From contig JAMPXW010000001.1 of NCBI GenBank assembly GCA_023701005.1, positions 207,843 through 271,842 on the forward strand: a DNA stretch of 64,000 nt. The letters are read 5' to 3'. The DNA comes from Burkholderiales bacterium. GTDB lineage: Bacteria > Patescibacteriota > Minisyncoccia > Phycocordibacterales > UBA9973. The notes beneath the pieces were generated by a model. The model ran no database searches. It had not been told where the DNA came from and saw nothing but the letters and a program-made list of their open reading frames with translations. Shown in pieces: positions 1-8,894 of the stretch (position 1 is its first letter; the number at the start of each line of letters is the position of its first letter). The translations under genes and the position numbers were made by a program.

Positions 1-597
1 GAATTAATTTTATCTCAGATAGAAAGGGGTAATAAGTTTGTTATAGTCACAGGTGGTGGAAAGATTTGTAGAAAATATCAAACAGTTGCCAAAGAGATAT
101 CATCGCCCTCTAGTGAAGATTTGGATTGGATAGGCATAGCTTCTCTTCGATTGAATGCACAGCTTTTAAGAGTTATATTTAGAGATCATACACATCCTAA
201 GATAATAAAGAATCCTTTAGAAACTATTATTTTTGATAAACCAGTCGTTGTCGGCTCAGCCAATGAACCAGGACACAGTACAGATTGGGATGCGGTGATG
301 ATAGCAAAGAATGTCGGAGCAAAGAAAGTTATAAATTTATCTAACACAGATTATGTTTATGATTCTGATCCAAGGACCAATGAAAATGCAAAAAGAATAG
401 AGAAAATTTCTTGGAACGAATATAGAAAATTAATTCCAGAAGAATGGAACCCAGGATTAAATACTCCTTTCGATCCTATTGCTTCTGAGGTAGCAGAAAA
501 AGAGGGAATTGAAGTTGTGATAATGAATGGTAAGCCGATTCTGAATTTAGCAAATTATTTAGATGGAAAAGATTTTAAAGGAACGATAATTTATTAA
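1..597 (+). CDS. pyrH: UMP kinase (archaeal-type PyrH), 5'-partial; the reading frame is open from base 1
   Basis: The frame-1 translation from position 1 (ELILSQIERGNKFVIVTGGGKICRKYQ...) continues into the 121..597 ORF. It has the amino-acid kinase fold signature VTGGG. Confidence 0.75.
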   Translation, partial: ELILSQIERGNKFVIVTGGGKICRKYQTVAKEISSPSSEDLDWIGIASLRLNAQLLRVIFRDHTHPKIIKNPLETIIFDKPVVVGSANEPGHSTDWDAVMIAKNVGAKKVINLSNTDYVYDSDPRTNENAKRIEKISWNEYRKLIPEEWNPGLNTPFDPIASEVAEKEGIEVVIMNGKPILNLANYLDGKDFKGTIIY

Positions 598-707
598 ATT
601 TTTTAAAATAAACTTTTTTCGGTACGGATTTTTTGAAGCTCAAAAAATCCTGAAATTCTCGGCTCGACAGCCTCGAAACCCCTTCAAAAGTTTATTTTAA
701 AAAATTT
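596..707. repeat. Intergenic palindromic element: a 22-bp perfect terminal inverted repeat (596-617 / 686-707) around a 68-bp core that contains a 9-bp-stem hairpin (623-647) and a GCCTCGA motif
   Basis: aaattttttaaaataaactttt at 596-617 is the exact reverse complement of 686-707. The internal hairpin is ggattttttgaagctcaaaaaatcc. The core contains ctcggctcgacagcctcgaaacccc. Confidence 0.5.
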
Positions 708-717
708 TACAAAAGTT

Positions 718-1485
718 ATGATAATAATAAAAACAAAAGAAGAAATTGAAATATTGAGAGAAGGAGGGAAGCGTTTGGCTACTGTTCTTCATAAAGTTAA
801 AGATATGGTAAAGCCTGGAATTTCTACTTGGGAATTAGATAAATATGCAGAGAAATTAATTAGAGACATGGGTGACTATCCAGCATTTTTGAATTACAAA
901 CCCGAAGGAGCAGATTTTCCTTATCCTGCATCTTTGTGTGTTTCAGTAAATAATGAAGTTGTACATGGTATTCCCAAAAAAGAAAAGATTTTACAAGAAG
1001 GAGATATTGTATCTATTGATCTAGGCTTGCGACACAATGGATTGTATACAGACATGGCCATGACAGTCGGTGTGGGAGAGATAAGCAATGCATCTAAAAA
1101 GCTTTTAAAAACTACTGAGCAGGCTTTGATGGTGGGCATAGAGGCTGCACAATGTGGCAATAAGACTGGAGATATAGGTCATGCGATAGAAGGTTTTGTA
1201 CGTCCTCATAAATACGGTATTGTAGAGGTTTTGTCAGGTCATGGCGTCGGTAAATATATTCATGAAGATCCTTATATACCAAATTTTGGTAAAGCAAACA
1301 CAGGAGTAAAACTCGTGAAGGACATGGTGATAGCTATCGAACCAATGTTGAATAATGGTACCAAGAATGTAGTTGTTGATAATGATGGATATACTTTCCG
1401 TACAGCTGATGGAAAAAGAAGTGCGCATTTTGAACATACTATTTTAATTACAGATGGCGAACCTGAAATTTTAACTAAAATTTAA
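718..1485 (+). CDS. map: Methionine aminopeptidase, type I
   Basis: 255-aa translation with the MAP pita-bread fold, including the metal-ligand region FVRPHKYGIVEVLSGHGVGKYIHEDP. Confidence 0.9.
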   Translation: MIIIKTKEEIEILREGGKRLATVLHKVKDMVKPGISTWELDKYAEKLIRDMGDYPAFLNYKPEGADFPYPASLCVSVNNEVVHGIPKKEKILQEGDIVSIDLGLRHNGLYTDMAMTVGVGEISNASKKLLKTTEQALMVGIEAAQCGNKTGDIGHAIEGFVRPHKYGIVEVLSGHGVGKYIHEDPYIPNFGKANTGVKLVKDMVIAIEPMLNNGTKNVVVDNDGYTFRTADGKRSAHFEHTILITDGEPEILTKI

Positions 1486-1526
1486 AAAAATATTTAAAAA
1501 GTAATTCTATAAATTTTTTAAATAGC

Positions 1527-4307
1527 TTGTGTTATAATAAATATATGGAAGGGTCATTTTTAAACGAAATGCCAAAATTTAAAACTCCGGAAGAAGAGTT
1601 AATTTATTTGCGTGAGCATGTTGCTAGAAAAGAACAAGAGTTGAAAGACAATGGACATCATGAACAAGCGAATGAAAATGCTGTAAAACATATCATAGAA
1701 CAATACAAACAAAAACCAGCTGAAGAAATATTGCATAAAGATCATTTATTAAAAAAAGATGATAGGGAAGCTATTGTGTTACAGCTAAAACCAGAACTCC
1801 ATGACACGATAATGGAAGAGCTTTTAGGAGTAGTAATAACAAAGGGTATTAGAAATGCACTATCTGTTGTTGAAAAGATGTCAGACCCTCATATAGATGA
1901 TGATTTCCATAGAATATTGGTTCAATATTTAAAAACGGGGCAGGTTTTTGATTTGAAGGAAGGCACTCCGTTGTATAAATCTTTGAATATGACTCTTTTT
2001 GAAATTACTCTTCCTCCTCCTAAAGAAGAAGGAGATAAAGTGAAAGGTTTTAAAGAATTTATAGGCGCAATGGAGCAATTTTATGCTGGCATGAATTCTA
2101 TTTCAGAAGGAAAGAATAATGAAAAAGAAAATTATTTTACTTTAGAAGTTGCTTTAAGTAATGCTTCAGATGAAGTTGTGGTTTTTGCTGCAATACTAAA
2201 CAAACATGTTTCTTTATTTGAAAAACAAGTTCTTTCTTTTTATCATGATGCAAAAGTTCATGAAGTGAAAGATGATTATAATATTTTCAATGAGAAGGGA
2301 GGTTCTGCTGGGGCTTATGCTAGTTTCTCTGAGAGACCACTTTTACCCATAAAGACATATGATCAAATAGATCATGATCCGATGAATATCATTTTGAATG
2401 TTTTTTCTAAGTTGCAGACAGTAGGTGAAGGGGCTGCTATACAGCTAGTAGTAGCACCAGCGGGGGAGAAGTTTATAAATGATTTCCATTTGATTTTAGA
2501 TGATATAAAAAGTGGCACATCTGTCAAACATGCTGCAGATAATTTCTATAAATTTAATAAGGCTTTCTTAAAGGTTTCTAAAGAACTTATTTTTGGTTTC
2601 AAAAAAGAAGATGAAAATAAAAAAGAGAAATATATTCCAGGTAGGCGTGCCGTCGATGAAGGTGCAATAGAAAAGATAACCAATAAGATGAAAAGCTCTA
2701 TAATGAAAGCAAACATAAGAGTCATAACATCTGCAGATACGAAAGACAGGGCAGAAAGCATCTTGCAAGAGATAGAATCTTCCTTCAATCAATTTACAGA
2801 GCCAGCAAGCAATTCTTTCTTTTTTGAAAAATTAAAAGACAATGATTTAAAGAAACTTTTCCACGATTTTTCTTTTCGTATTTTTGCAGATGATAAGATA
2901 CTTCCAATGAATCTAAAAGAGCTATCTTCAGTATTTCATTTTCCTGTGGGCGTCGGCAGTCAACCACAGTTAAAAGAAGCAAAAGCAGGCATCGCCCCAG
3001 CTCCTATGGAGATGAAAAACGAGGGGATAGTGTTAGGAATAAATAGTTATAGAGGTAAAGATACTACAATACAAATGTCTCGAGAAGACAGAATGAGACA
3101 TTTTTATGTCATAGGGCAGACGGGTACAGGTAAAACAAACATAATGTTAAATATGATAACTCAAGATATAAAGAATGGTGATGGTTGTTGTTATATTGAT
3201 CCTCATGGTACAGATATTCAAACTATTTTATCTCGCATTCCTAAAGAACGTATTGATGATGTTATATATTTTGATCCAGCATATACATTGAGACCAATGG
3301 GGCTCAATATGCTCGAATATGATCCAAATTATCCAGAACAGAAAACTTTTGTTGTGAATGAAATGATGGGTATCTTTAATAAACTCTTTGATATGAAAGT
3401 CGGGGGCGGGGCTATGTTTGAACAATATTTTAGAAATAGTGCATTTTTGGTTATGGAAGATCCAGAGTCAGGTTCTACATTACTTGAGATTACTCGTGTT
3501 TTGGCTGATAAAGAATTTAGAGATATGAAATTGGCTAAATGTAAGAATCCTATCATTAAACAATTTTGGATATCAGCAGAGCAAACTTCAGGAGATCAAT
3601 CTTTGGCAAACTTTGTTCCTTATATTTCTTCTAAATTTGATAATTTTATTTCTAACGATATCATGCGTCCAGTTGTTCTACAGCAAAATTCTGTATTTAA
3701 TTTTAGGAAAATAATGGATGAGAAAAAAATTCTTTTAGTAAATCTTTCAAAGGGAAGATTGGGAGATATAAATGCAAATTTGATAGGTTTGGTGCTTGTG
3801 GGGAAGATACAGATGGCGGCTCTTTCTAGAGTAGATATGTTTGGCAAGCCTATGAATGATTTTTATCTTTACATAGATGAGTTTCAAAATGTGACGACTG
3901 ATTCCATCTCATCTATTCTCTCTGAGGCTAGAAAATATAGATTGTCTTTAAACATTGCGCATCAATACATAAGCCAGCTTGAAGAGAATATAAAAAATGC
4001 AGTTTTTGGCAACGTCGGATCTATGGCAGTATTCCGAGTTGGGTCTGAAGATGCTACATTTTTGGAGCCTAAATTTAAACCAACTTTCAGCGCTCAGGAT
4101 ATAACAAAATTGGATAATTATAATGCTTATATGAGTATGCTTGTAAATGGTCAACCTACGAAGCCATTTAACATAAAGACTCTTGCCCCAGAGAGGGGAA
4201 ACGTAGAGATTGTTGAAAATCTAAAACAACTTTCATATCTTAAATATGGACGTGATCGTGATGAAGTAGAAAAAGAAATAATGCTTCGATATTCCACGAT
4301 GCAGTAG
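1527..4307 (+). CDS. Large P-loop ATPase of the VirD4/TraG/TraD (type IV coupling protein, FtsK/HerA) superfamily, with a ~500-aa N-terminal region of unknown function
   Basis: Walker A motif YVIGQTGTGKTN, Walker B motif LYIDEFQNV, and a conserved AHQYISQL motif typical of coupling-protein ATPases. Confidence 0.55.
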   Translation: MCYNKYMEGSFLNEMPKFKTPEEELIYLREHVARKEQELKDNGHHEQANENAVKHIIEQYKQKPAEEILHKDHLLKKDDREAIVLQLKPELHDTIMEELLGVVITKGIRNALSVVEKMSDPHIDDDFHRILVQYLKTGQVFDLKEGTPLYKSLNMTLFEITLPPPKEEGDKVKGFKEFIGAMEQFYAGMNSISEGKNNEKENYFTLEVALSNASDEVVVFAAILNKHVSLFEKQVLSFYHDAKVHEVKDDYNIFNEKGGSAGAYASFSERPLLPIKTYDQIDHDPMNIILNVFSKLQTVGEGAAIQLVVAPAGEKFINDFHLILDDIKSGTSVKHAADNFYKFNKAFLKVSKELIFGFKKEDENKKEKYIPGRRAVDEGAIEKITNKMKSSIMKANIRVITSADTKDRAESILQEIESSFNQFTEPASNSFFFEKLKDNDLKKLFHDFSFRIFADDKILPMNLKELSSVFHFPVGVGSQPQLKEAKAGIAPAPMEMKNEGIVLGINSYRGKDTTIQMSREDRMRHFYVIGQTGTGKTNIMLNMITQDIKNGDGCCYIDPHGTDIQTILSRIPKERIDDVIYFDPAYTLRPMGLNMLEYDPNYPEQKTFVVNEMMGIFNKLFDMKVGGGAMFEQYFRNSAFLVMEDPESGSTLLEITRVLADKEFRDMKLAKCKNPIIKQFWISAEQTSGDQSLANFVPYISSKFDNFISNDIMRPVVLQQNSVFNFRKIMDEKKILLVNLSKGRLGDINANLIGLVLVGKIQMAALSRVDMFGKPMNDFYLYIDEFQNVTTDSISSILSEARKYRLSLNIAHQYISQLEENIKNAVFGNVGSMAVFRVGSEDATFLEPKFKPTFSAQDITKLDNYNAYMSMLVNGQPTKPFNIKTLAPERGNVEIVENLKQLSYLKYGRDRDEVEKEIMLRYSTMQ

Positions 4308-4337
4308 TTTGGAATTTTAGATTAAAGTTGAGTAATT

Positions 4338-4367
4338 TTGAAAAATCTGTTAGGATGGGGTTATTAT
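4338..4367 (+). promoter_or_regulatory. Putative sigma70-type promoter for ndk: -35 TTGAAA at 4338-4343, -10 TATTAT at 4362-4367, 18-bp spacer
   Basis: Hexamers read directly from the sequence, about 22 nt upstream of the ndk start codon. Confidence 0.3.
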
Positions 4368-4389
4368 AATTAGTTAAAATAAAAGTTTT

Positions 4390-4974
4390 ATGAAGCATCC
4401 AAAAGAAGAATTAACATATGTGATGATAAAGCCAGATGGTGTAAGAAAAGGCCTTATCGGAGAGATTATCCGTCGTTTTGAACAACGAGATCTAAAAATT
4501 GTTGCATTGGAAATGTTCCAGCCTACTCACGAACAGATCGATAATCATTATCCAAAAAATCCAGAATGGATAACAAGGCTAGGCGAGAAAACAAAGACAA
4601 CTTATGAGAAATATGGATATGACTTAGTCGCTGATTTTGATACAGATGATACATCAAAAATTGGACCAGAAGTAAGAAAATGGTTGGTTAGCTATATGGT
4701 TAGTTCTCCTTTGGTTAAAATGGTTGTTCAAGGAGTTCATTCAGTAGATGTCGTTCGTAAGATTGCAGGTGATACTATGCCTTATAAAGCAGATATGGGT
4801 ACTATTCGTGGAGATTTTTCTATTGATTCTCCTGCGCTTGCTAATAAAGAAAAAAGAGCTGTTATGAATGTTATTCATTGTTCAGAAACACCAGAAGAAG
4901 CAGCACACGAGATAAAACATTGGTTTGGTGATGTGGAGATCTATTCATACAAACGTTTCGGAGTAGACGAATAA
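4390..4974 (+). CDS. ndk: Nucleoside diphosphate kinase (long form with internal insertion)
   Basis: The N-terminal VMIKPDGVRKGLIGEIIRRFEQRDLKIVALEM and the C-terminal HCSETPEEAAHEIKHWFGD are diagnostic NDK blocks. Confidence 0.8.
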   Translation: MKHPKEELTYVMIKPDGVRKGLIGEIIRRFEQRDLKIVALEMFQPTHEQIDNHYPKNPEWITRLGEKTKTTYEKYGYDLVADFDTDDTSKIGPEVRKWLVSYMVSSPLVKMVVQGVHSVDVVRKIAGDTMPYKADMGTIRGDFSIDSPALANKEKRAVMNVIHCSETPEEAAHEIKHWFGDVEIYSYKRFGVDE

Positions 4975-4988
4975 AAAATATTTAGAAT

Positions 4989-5016
4989 AAAATCCCCGAA
5001 GAGGGGATTTTATTTT
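4989..5016 (+). terminator. Rho-independent terminator after ndk
   Basis: Hairpin atccccgaagaggggat followed by ttttatttt. Confidence 0.6.
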
Positions 5017-5198
5017 GGAAAATAATTCAAAAACAAAAAAAATGTCTCGTCTAGTTGCAGGTCTGTCTATCTTTGCTATACTTTTAGTAGGGTTATTTCC
5101 AATTATTACCTAGAACACTATTTTATGGGAGCCTCGATCGAATAAGACCTTGGTCCTATACGTCTGGTACCCACTTAGCTTTAAGCTATGGTAATATA

Positions 5199-5645
5199 TT
5201 GGAAATAACCCTAAGAAAGAGTCTCCATTTTGTGGGGATTTTTTCTTTTATAGGCTATAATATTTGTATGGATTATAAAAAACTTTTGAAATATTCTGCT
5301 GTACTTATATTTTCTATATTTTTGATGAATTATTTAGCTTTGCGTTTTCATTGGTATTTTTCTATTTGGTATTTTGATATGTTAATGCATTTTTTGGGTG
5401 GTATTTGGCTTGGTTTTATTTCTATATACTTATTTAACTTTGATTCTGGTTCTAAAAAATCGTTTTTTAACATAATAGTAGCAGTATTTGTTGTTGGTGT
5501 AGGCTGGGAAATATTTGAAATAGTAGTTAATGCTTATACGACTGAAAACGCTTTTAATTTTTTAGACACAATTTCTGATTTATTTTTTGATACTGCTGGT
5601 GGTGTCTTTGCTTTGCTTTATTTCTTGAAAAAGAATTCTTGTTAA
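5199..5645 (+). CDS. Small polytopic membrane protein, VanZ-like; the real start may be the internal Met at 5271
   Basis: Hydrophobic throughout. The C-terminal block GWEIFEIVVNAYTTENAFNFLDTISDLFFDTAGG resembles the VanZ family signature. Confidence 0.4.
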   Translation: MEITLRKSLHFVGIFSFIGYNICMDYKKLLKYSAVLIFSIFLMNYLALRFHWYFSIWYFDMLMHFLGGIWLGFISIYLFNFDSGSKKSFFNIIVAVFVVGVGWEIFEIVVNAYTTENAFNFLDTISDLFFDTAGGVFALLYFLKKNSC

Positions 5646-5711
5646 ATAAAAATATGTTGCCTAATATTGCTTTAGTTTTGTAAAACTTTCTTGCCAGTGT
5701 ATAATTGAACC

Positions 5712-7076
5712 ATGGCAGGAGTAGCAAAAATAACATTTTGTGGAGGTACAGGTTCGGTCACAGGAGCGAACTTTCTTTTTGAAGTGGATGGTAAAAAAAT
5801 ATTGATAGATTGTGGACTTACTCAAGGTAGTGAATTAGCAGATGAGGCTAATTGGGCTCCTTTTTTGTATGACCCAAAAGAAATAGATATTCTTTTTATT
5901 ACTCATTCTCACATAGACCACATAGGTAGAATTCCAAAATTAATAAATGAAGGCTTTGTTGGTAAAATATATTCTACTAAACCTACACGATCTTTGACGG
6001 GTCCTATGCTTGAGGATACCGCTGGTATTTTGTCTAAGAATAAACAATTAAATTTGGCAAAAATCTATACAGAAGAAAATATAAATAAAGCTTTTACACA
6101 ATGGATTTCATTTGATTATTATGAAAAAGTAAAAATTACAGAGAACTTAGAATTTTCTTTTAAAAATGCAGGACATATTTTAGGTTCTGCTATGATAGAG
6201 TTTGTATATAATGGAAAGAAAATTCTTTTTACTGGAGATCTTGGTAATTCTCCATCTCCATTGCTCCCTGATACTGACAAAATAACAGATGCTGATTATC
6301 TAATAATGGAGAGTGTCTATGGAGACAGAAATCATGAATCTAGAAATGATAGAAAGCGCATGTTGGAAAAAGTGATAGAAGATAATTATAAAAGAAAGGG
6401 AACATTAATAATCCCTACTTTTTCTTTGGAGCGTTCTCAAGAACTTTTATTTGAGTTGAATGATTTGGTAGAAAACAATCGTATACCTGTGATGCCAATT
6501 TTCTTTGATTCACCGTTGGCTATTCGTTTAACTGAAATTTTTAAACAATTTAGAACTTACTTTAATGAAGTAGCACAAAAAGCATTATCAGAAGACAAGC
6601 ATTTGTTTGATTTTCCGGGACTTCATTCCACTTTAAAGTCAGAAGAATCAAAATTAATTAACGAAGCACCAAACCCAAAGATAGTTATTGCTGGCTCAGG
6701 AATGTCTTCTGGTGGACGCATTGTACACCATGAGAGACATTTTTTGCCTGATCCGAATAACACTATTTTACTCACAGGTTATCAATCATTAGGAACGATG
6801 GGGCGTTTGATTCAAGAAGGAGTAAAGACAGTTCATATCTCCGGAGAAGAGGTGAGTGTGCGTGCTCATGTAGAAACTATTTTGGGATATTCAGGACATA
6901 AAGATGGAGATGGTTTATTAAATTTTGTGAATGACATGCAAGACAATGTGAAAAAAGTTTTTGTTGTTATGGGTGAACCAAAATCAGCGATGTTTTTAGT
7001 TCAAAGGATTAGAGACAATCTTGGAGTCGATGCTTATGCCCCCGCACAAGGGGATAGTGTTTTACTTTATTTCTGA
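5712..7076 (+). CDS. MBL-fold / beta-CASP family metallo-hydrolase (RNase J / CPSF-like RNA-processing nuclease)
   Basis: HxHxDH motif (THSHIDHIG) with downstream beta-CASP-type D and H residues; 454 aa. Confidence 0.65.
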   Translation: MAGVAKITFCGGTGSVTGANFLFEVDGKKILIDCGLTQGSELADEANWAPFLYDPKEIDILFITHSHIDHIGRIPKLINEGFVGKIYSTKPTRSLTGPMLEDTAGILSKNKQLNLAKIYTEENINKAFTQWISFDYYEKVKITENLEFSFKNAGHILGSAMIEFVYNGKKILFTGDLGNSPSPLLPDTDKITDADYLIMESVYGDRNHESRNDRKRMLEKVIEDNYKRKGTLIIPTFSLERSQELLFELNDLVENNRIPVMPIFFDSPLAIRLTEIFKQFRTYFNEVAQKALSEDKHLFDFPGLHSTLKSEESKLINEAPNPKIVIAGSGMSSGGRIVHHERHFLPDPNNTILLTGYQSLGTMGRLIQEGVKTVHISGEEVSVRAHVETILGYSGHKDGDGLLNFVNDMQDNVKKVFVVMGEPKSAMFLVQRIRDNLGVDAYAPAQGDSVLLYF

Positions 7077-7088
7077 TAGAATACAACA

Positions 7089-7688
7089 ATGGAAAATAAT
7101 AATTCATTACATTCAAATAATAAACATGCACATGATCAGATAAAGATCTGTGTTTCTGGTGCAGCTGATACAGGGCATTGTGGTATTGGGACGTTAGACA
7201 AAGCACAAGAATTAGGACGTGAGATAGCGAGGCAAGGGGCAGTGCTCGTGACCGGGGCGACTACTGGTTTTCCTTTCTGGGCAGCCAAAGGTGCTAAAGA
7301 AGCTGGGGGTGTCTCTGTAGGTTTTTCTCCTGCATCTTCAGAAAAAGAGCATGTTGAGACTTATAAATTACCATTAGATTATATGGATTTGATCGTTTAC
7401 ACGGGATTTGGCTATCCTGGTAGAGATCTTTTGCTTACTCGTTCTTCTGACGCTGTGATGTTTGGTTGTGGGAGAATAGGAACTATTCATGAATTCACAG
7501 TAGCTTTCGAAGATAATAAAGTTATTGGTGTGTTGCAAGGTCCTTGGGAGATGAGTGAACAAATAAAAGAAATGATAGAGAAAGGGCATCGACCAAATGA
7601 GAAAATTATTTTTGGCGATAATGAAAAGAAATTGGTTGAAGATGTTATAGCAATGGTTAAAAAATATAAAATAGACGAACATAAATAA
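7089..7688 (+). CDS. TIGR00725/LOG-like Rossmann-fold protein
   Basis: Blocks ICVSGAADTGHCG ... AVLVTGATTG ... GGVSVGFSP ... YTGFGYPGRD ... GRIGTIHEF match the LOG/SLOG (DprA-like) nucleotide-binding fold. Confidence 0.5.
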   Translation: MENNNSLHSNNKHAHDQIKICVSGAADTGHCGIGTLDKAQELGREIARQGAVLVTGATTGFPFWAAKGAKEAGGVSVGFSPASSEKEHVETYKLPLDYMDLIVYTGFGYPGRDLLLTRSSDAVMFGCGRIGTIHEFTVAFEDNKVIGVLQGPWEMSEQIKEMIEKGHRPNEKIIFGDNEKKLVEDVIAMVKKYKIDEHK

Positions 7689-7692
7689 AACT

Positions 7693-7722
7693 AAAAATCC
7701 CCCAATGGGGGATTTTTAGTTT
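7693..7722. terminator. Bidirectional rho-independent terminator between the convergent 7089..7688 gene and rplT
   Basis: Stem atccccc/gggggat with A-run and T-run flanks (aaaaatcccccaatgggggatttttagtttt). Confidence 0.6.
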
Positions 7723-7726
7723 TAGA

Positions 7727-8071
7727 TTATTTTACGTTTTCTAAGATTCTAGCAAATACTTCTGGATTATTTTCTGCTAAGTCAGATAAGATTTTTCTGT
7801 CAAGTAGTATATCTTTCTTTTTTAAAGCATCAATAAATTTTGAATAAGACATTCCGAGTACTCGTGTACCAGCGTTTATCTTTATGTTCCACAAAGTTCT
7901 GTTGTGTGATTTCTTGTCTTTTCTGTGGGCAAAAGAATAATTACCAGCATGAAGCAATGCTTCTTTTGCTTGACGTTCTTTTGTACTTCTTCCGTGTCTA
8001 AAACCTTTTGTTTGTTTGAGAACACTTCTTCTTCTCTTTAATGCATGTACTCCCTTTTTTACTCTTGTCAT
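7727..8071 (-). CDS. rplT: 50S ribosomal protein L20
   Basis: MTRVKKGVHALKRRRSVLKQTKGFRHGRS... is canonical L20. It is the last gene of the infC-rpmI-rplT operon. Confidence 0.9.
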   Translation of the reverse strand: MTRVKKGVHALKRRRSVLKQTKGFRHGRSTKERQAKEALLHAGNYSFAHRKDKKSHNRTLWNIKINAGTRVLGMSYSKFIDALKKKDILLDRKILSDLAENNPEVFARILENVK

Positions 8072-8108
8072 AAATTAATTACGGTTATTTTTCTTATAAA
8101 CTTAAAAT

Positions 8109-8303
8109 TTAGCTAAAAGGCAATAAATGACTTTTAGGTTTATTTTTTATTGTGAAAGTTTGACCAGTTTTTCCAGCTAATTGAGTAGTGCGTGATTGTT
8201 TAGCATTGAAATGGTTGAATCCTGGCTTACGAGAAAGTATCTTACCATTTTTGGTAAGTTTTAATCTCTTTGAATATGATTTGTTTGTTTTCATTCCTTT
8301 CAT
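8109..8303 (-). CDS. rpmI: 50S ribosomal protein L35
   Basis: MKGMKTNKSYSKRLKLTKNGKILSRKPGFNHF... is canonical L35. Confidence 0.85.
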   Translation of the reverse strand: MKGMKTNKSYSKRLKLTKNGKILSRKPGFNHFNAKQSRTTQLAGKTGQTFTIKNKPKSHLLPFS

Positions 8304-8341
8304 AAATTTTGTATTGCACTAAGCTTATATTATTTTATTAA

Positions 8342-8848
8342 TTATTTTGCTTTCTCTATCGTCGTGACTAAACCTTTTGGACCCCTTTTGTATGCATCAG
8401 ATATTTTATATTCTTCTGTAATCAAATGAAGCACTCTGTCCAATCTTTCTTTTAAAAACTTTTCATCCATATACTTTGTACGTCCAGCAAGGAAAAGTTC
8501 CACTTTTATTCTATGTCCTTCCTTGAGCCATTTGGATGCTGTTTTTGCTTTAAGTCCTAAATCATGATCTCCCGTACCTATCTTTATCTGGATTGATTTT
8601 GTTTCTGTAGCCTTAGAACCAGCCTTAGCCTTTTTTAATTTCTTGCTAATCTCGTATTGATACTTTCCAAAATCCATTATCTTTGCGATAGGGGGATTAG
8701 CATTTGGAGACACTTCAATCAGATCTAAACCCTTATTTTGGGCTAGCTCTAAAGCATCTTTTATACTTAAAACACCTAGATTTTGACCTTCACTATCAAT
8801 AACACGAAGTTCTTTAGCTCGTATTTGGTTGTTTATTCTTTCACGCAA
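8342..8848 (-). CDS. infC: Translation initiation factor IF-3
   Basis: ELRVIDSEGQNLGVLSIKDALELAQNKGLDLIEVSPNANPPIAKIMDFGKYQYE is the IF3 N- and C-domain signature. Confidence 0.9.
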   Translation of the reverse strand: MRERINNQIRAKELRVIDSEGQNLGVLSIKDALELAQNKGLDLIEVSPNANPPIAKIMDFGKYQYEISKKLKKAKAGSKATETKSIQIKIGTGDHDLGLKAKTASKWLKEGHRIKVELFLAGRTKYMDEKFLKERLDRVLHLITEEYKISDAYKRGPKGLVTTIEKAK

Positions 8849-8894
8849 TTTATATATTTAAAGCTTAAACTAGTCAAAGTTTAGCCTATTTTTA

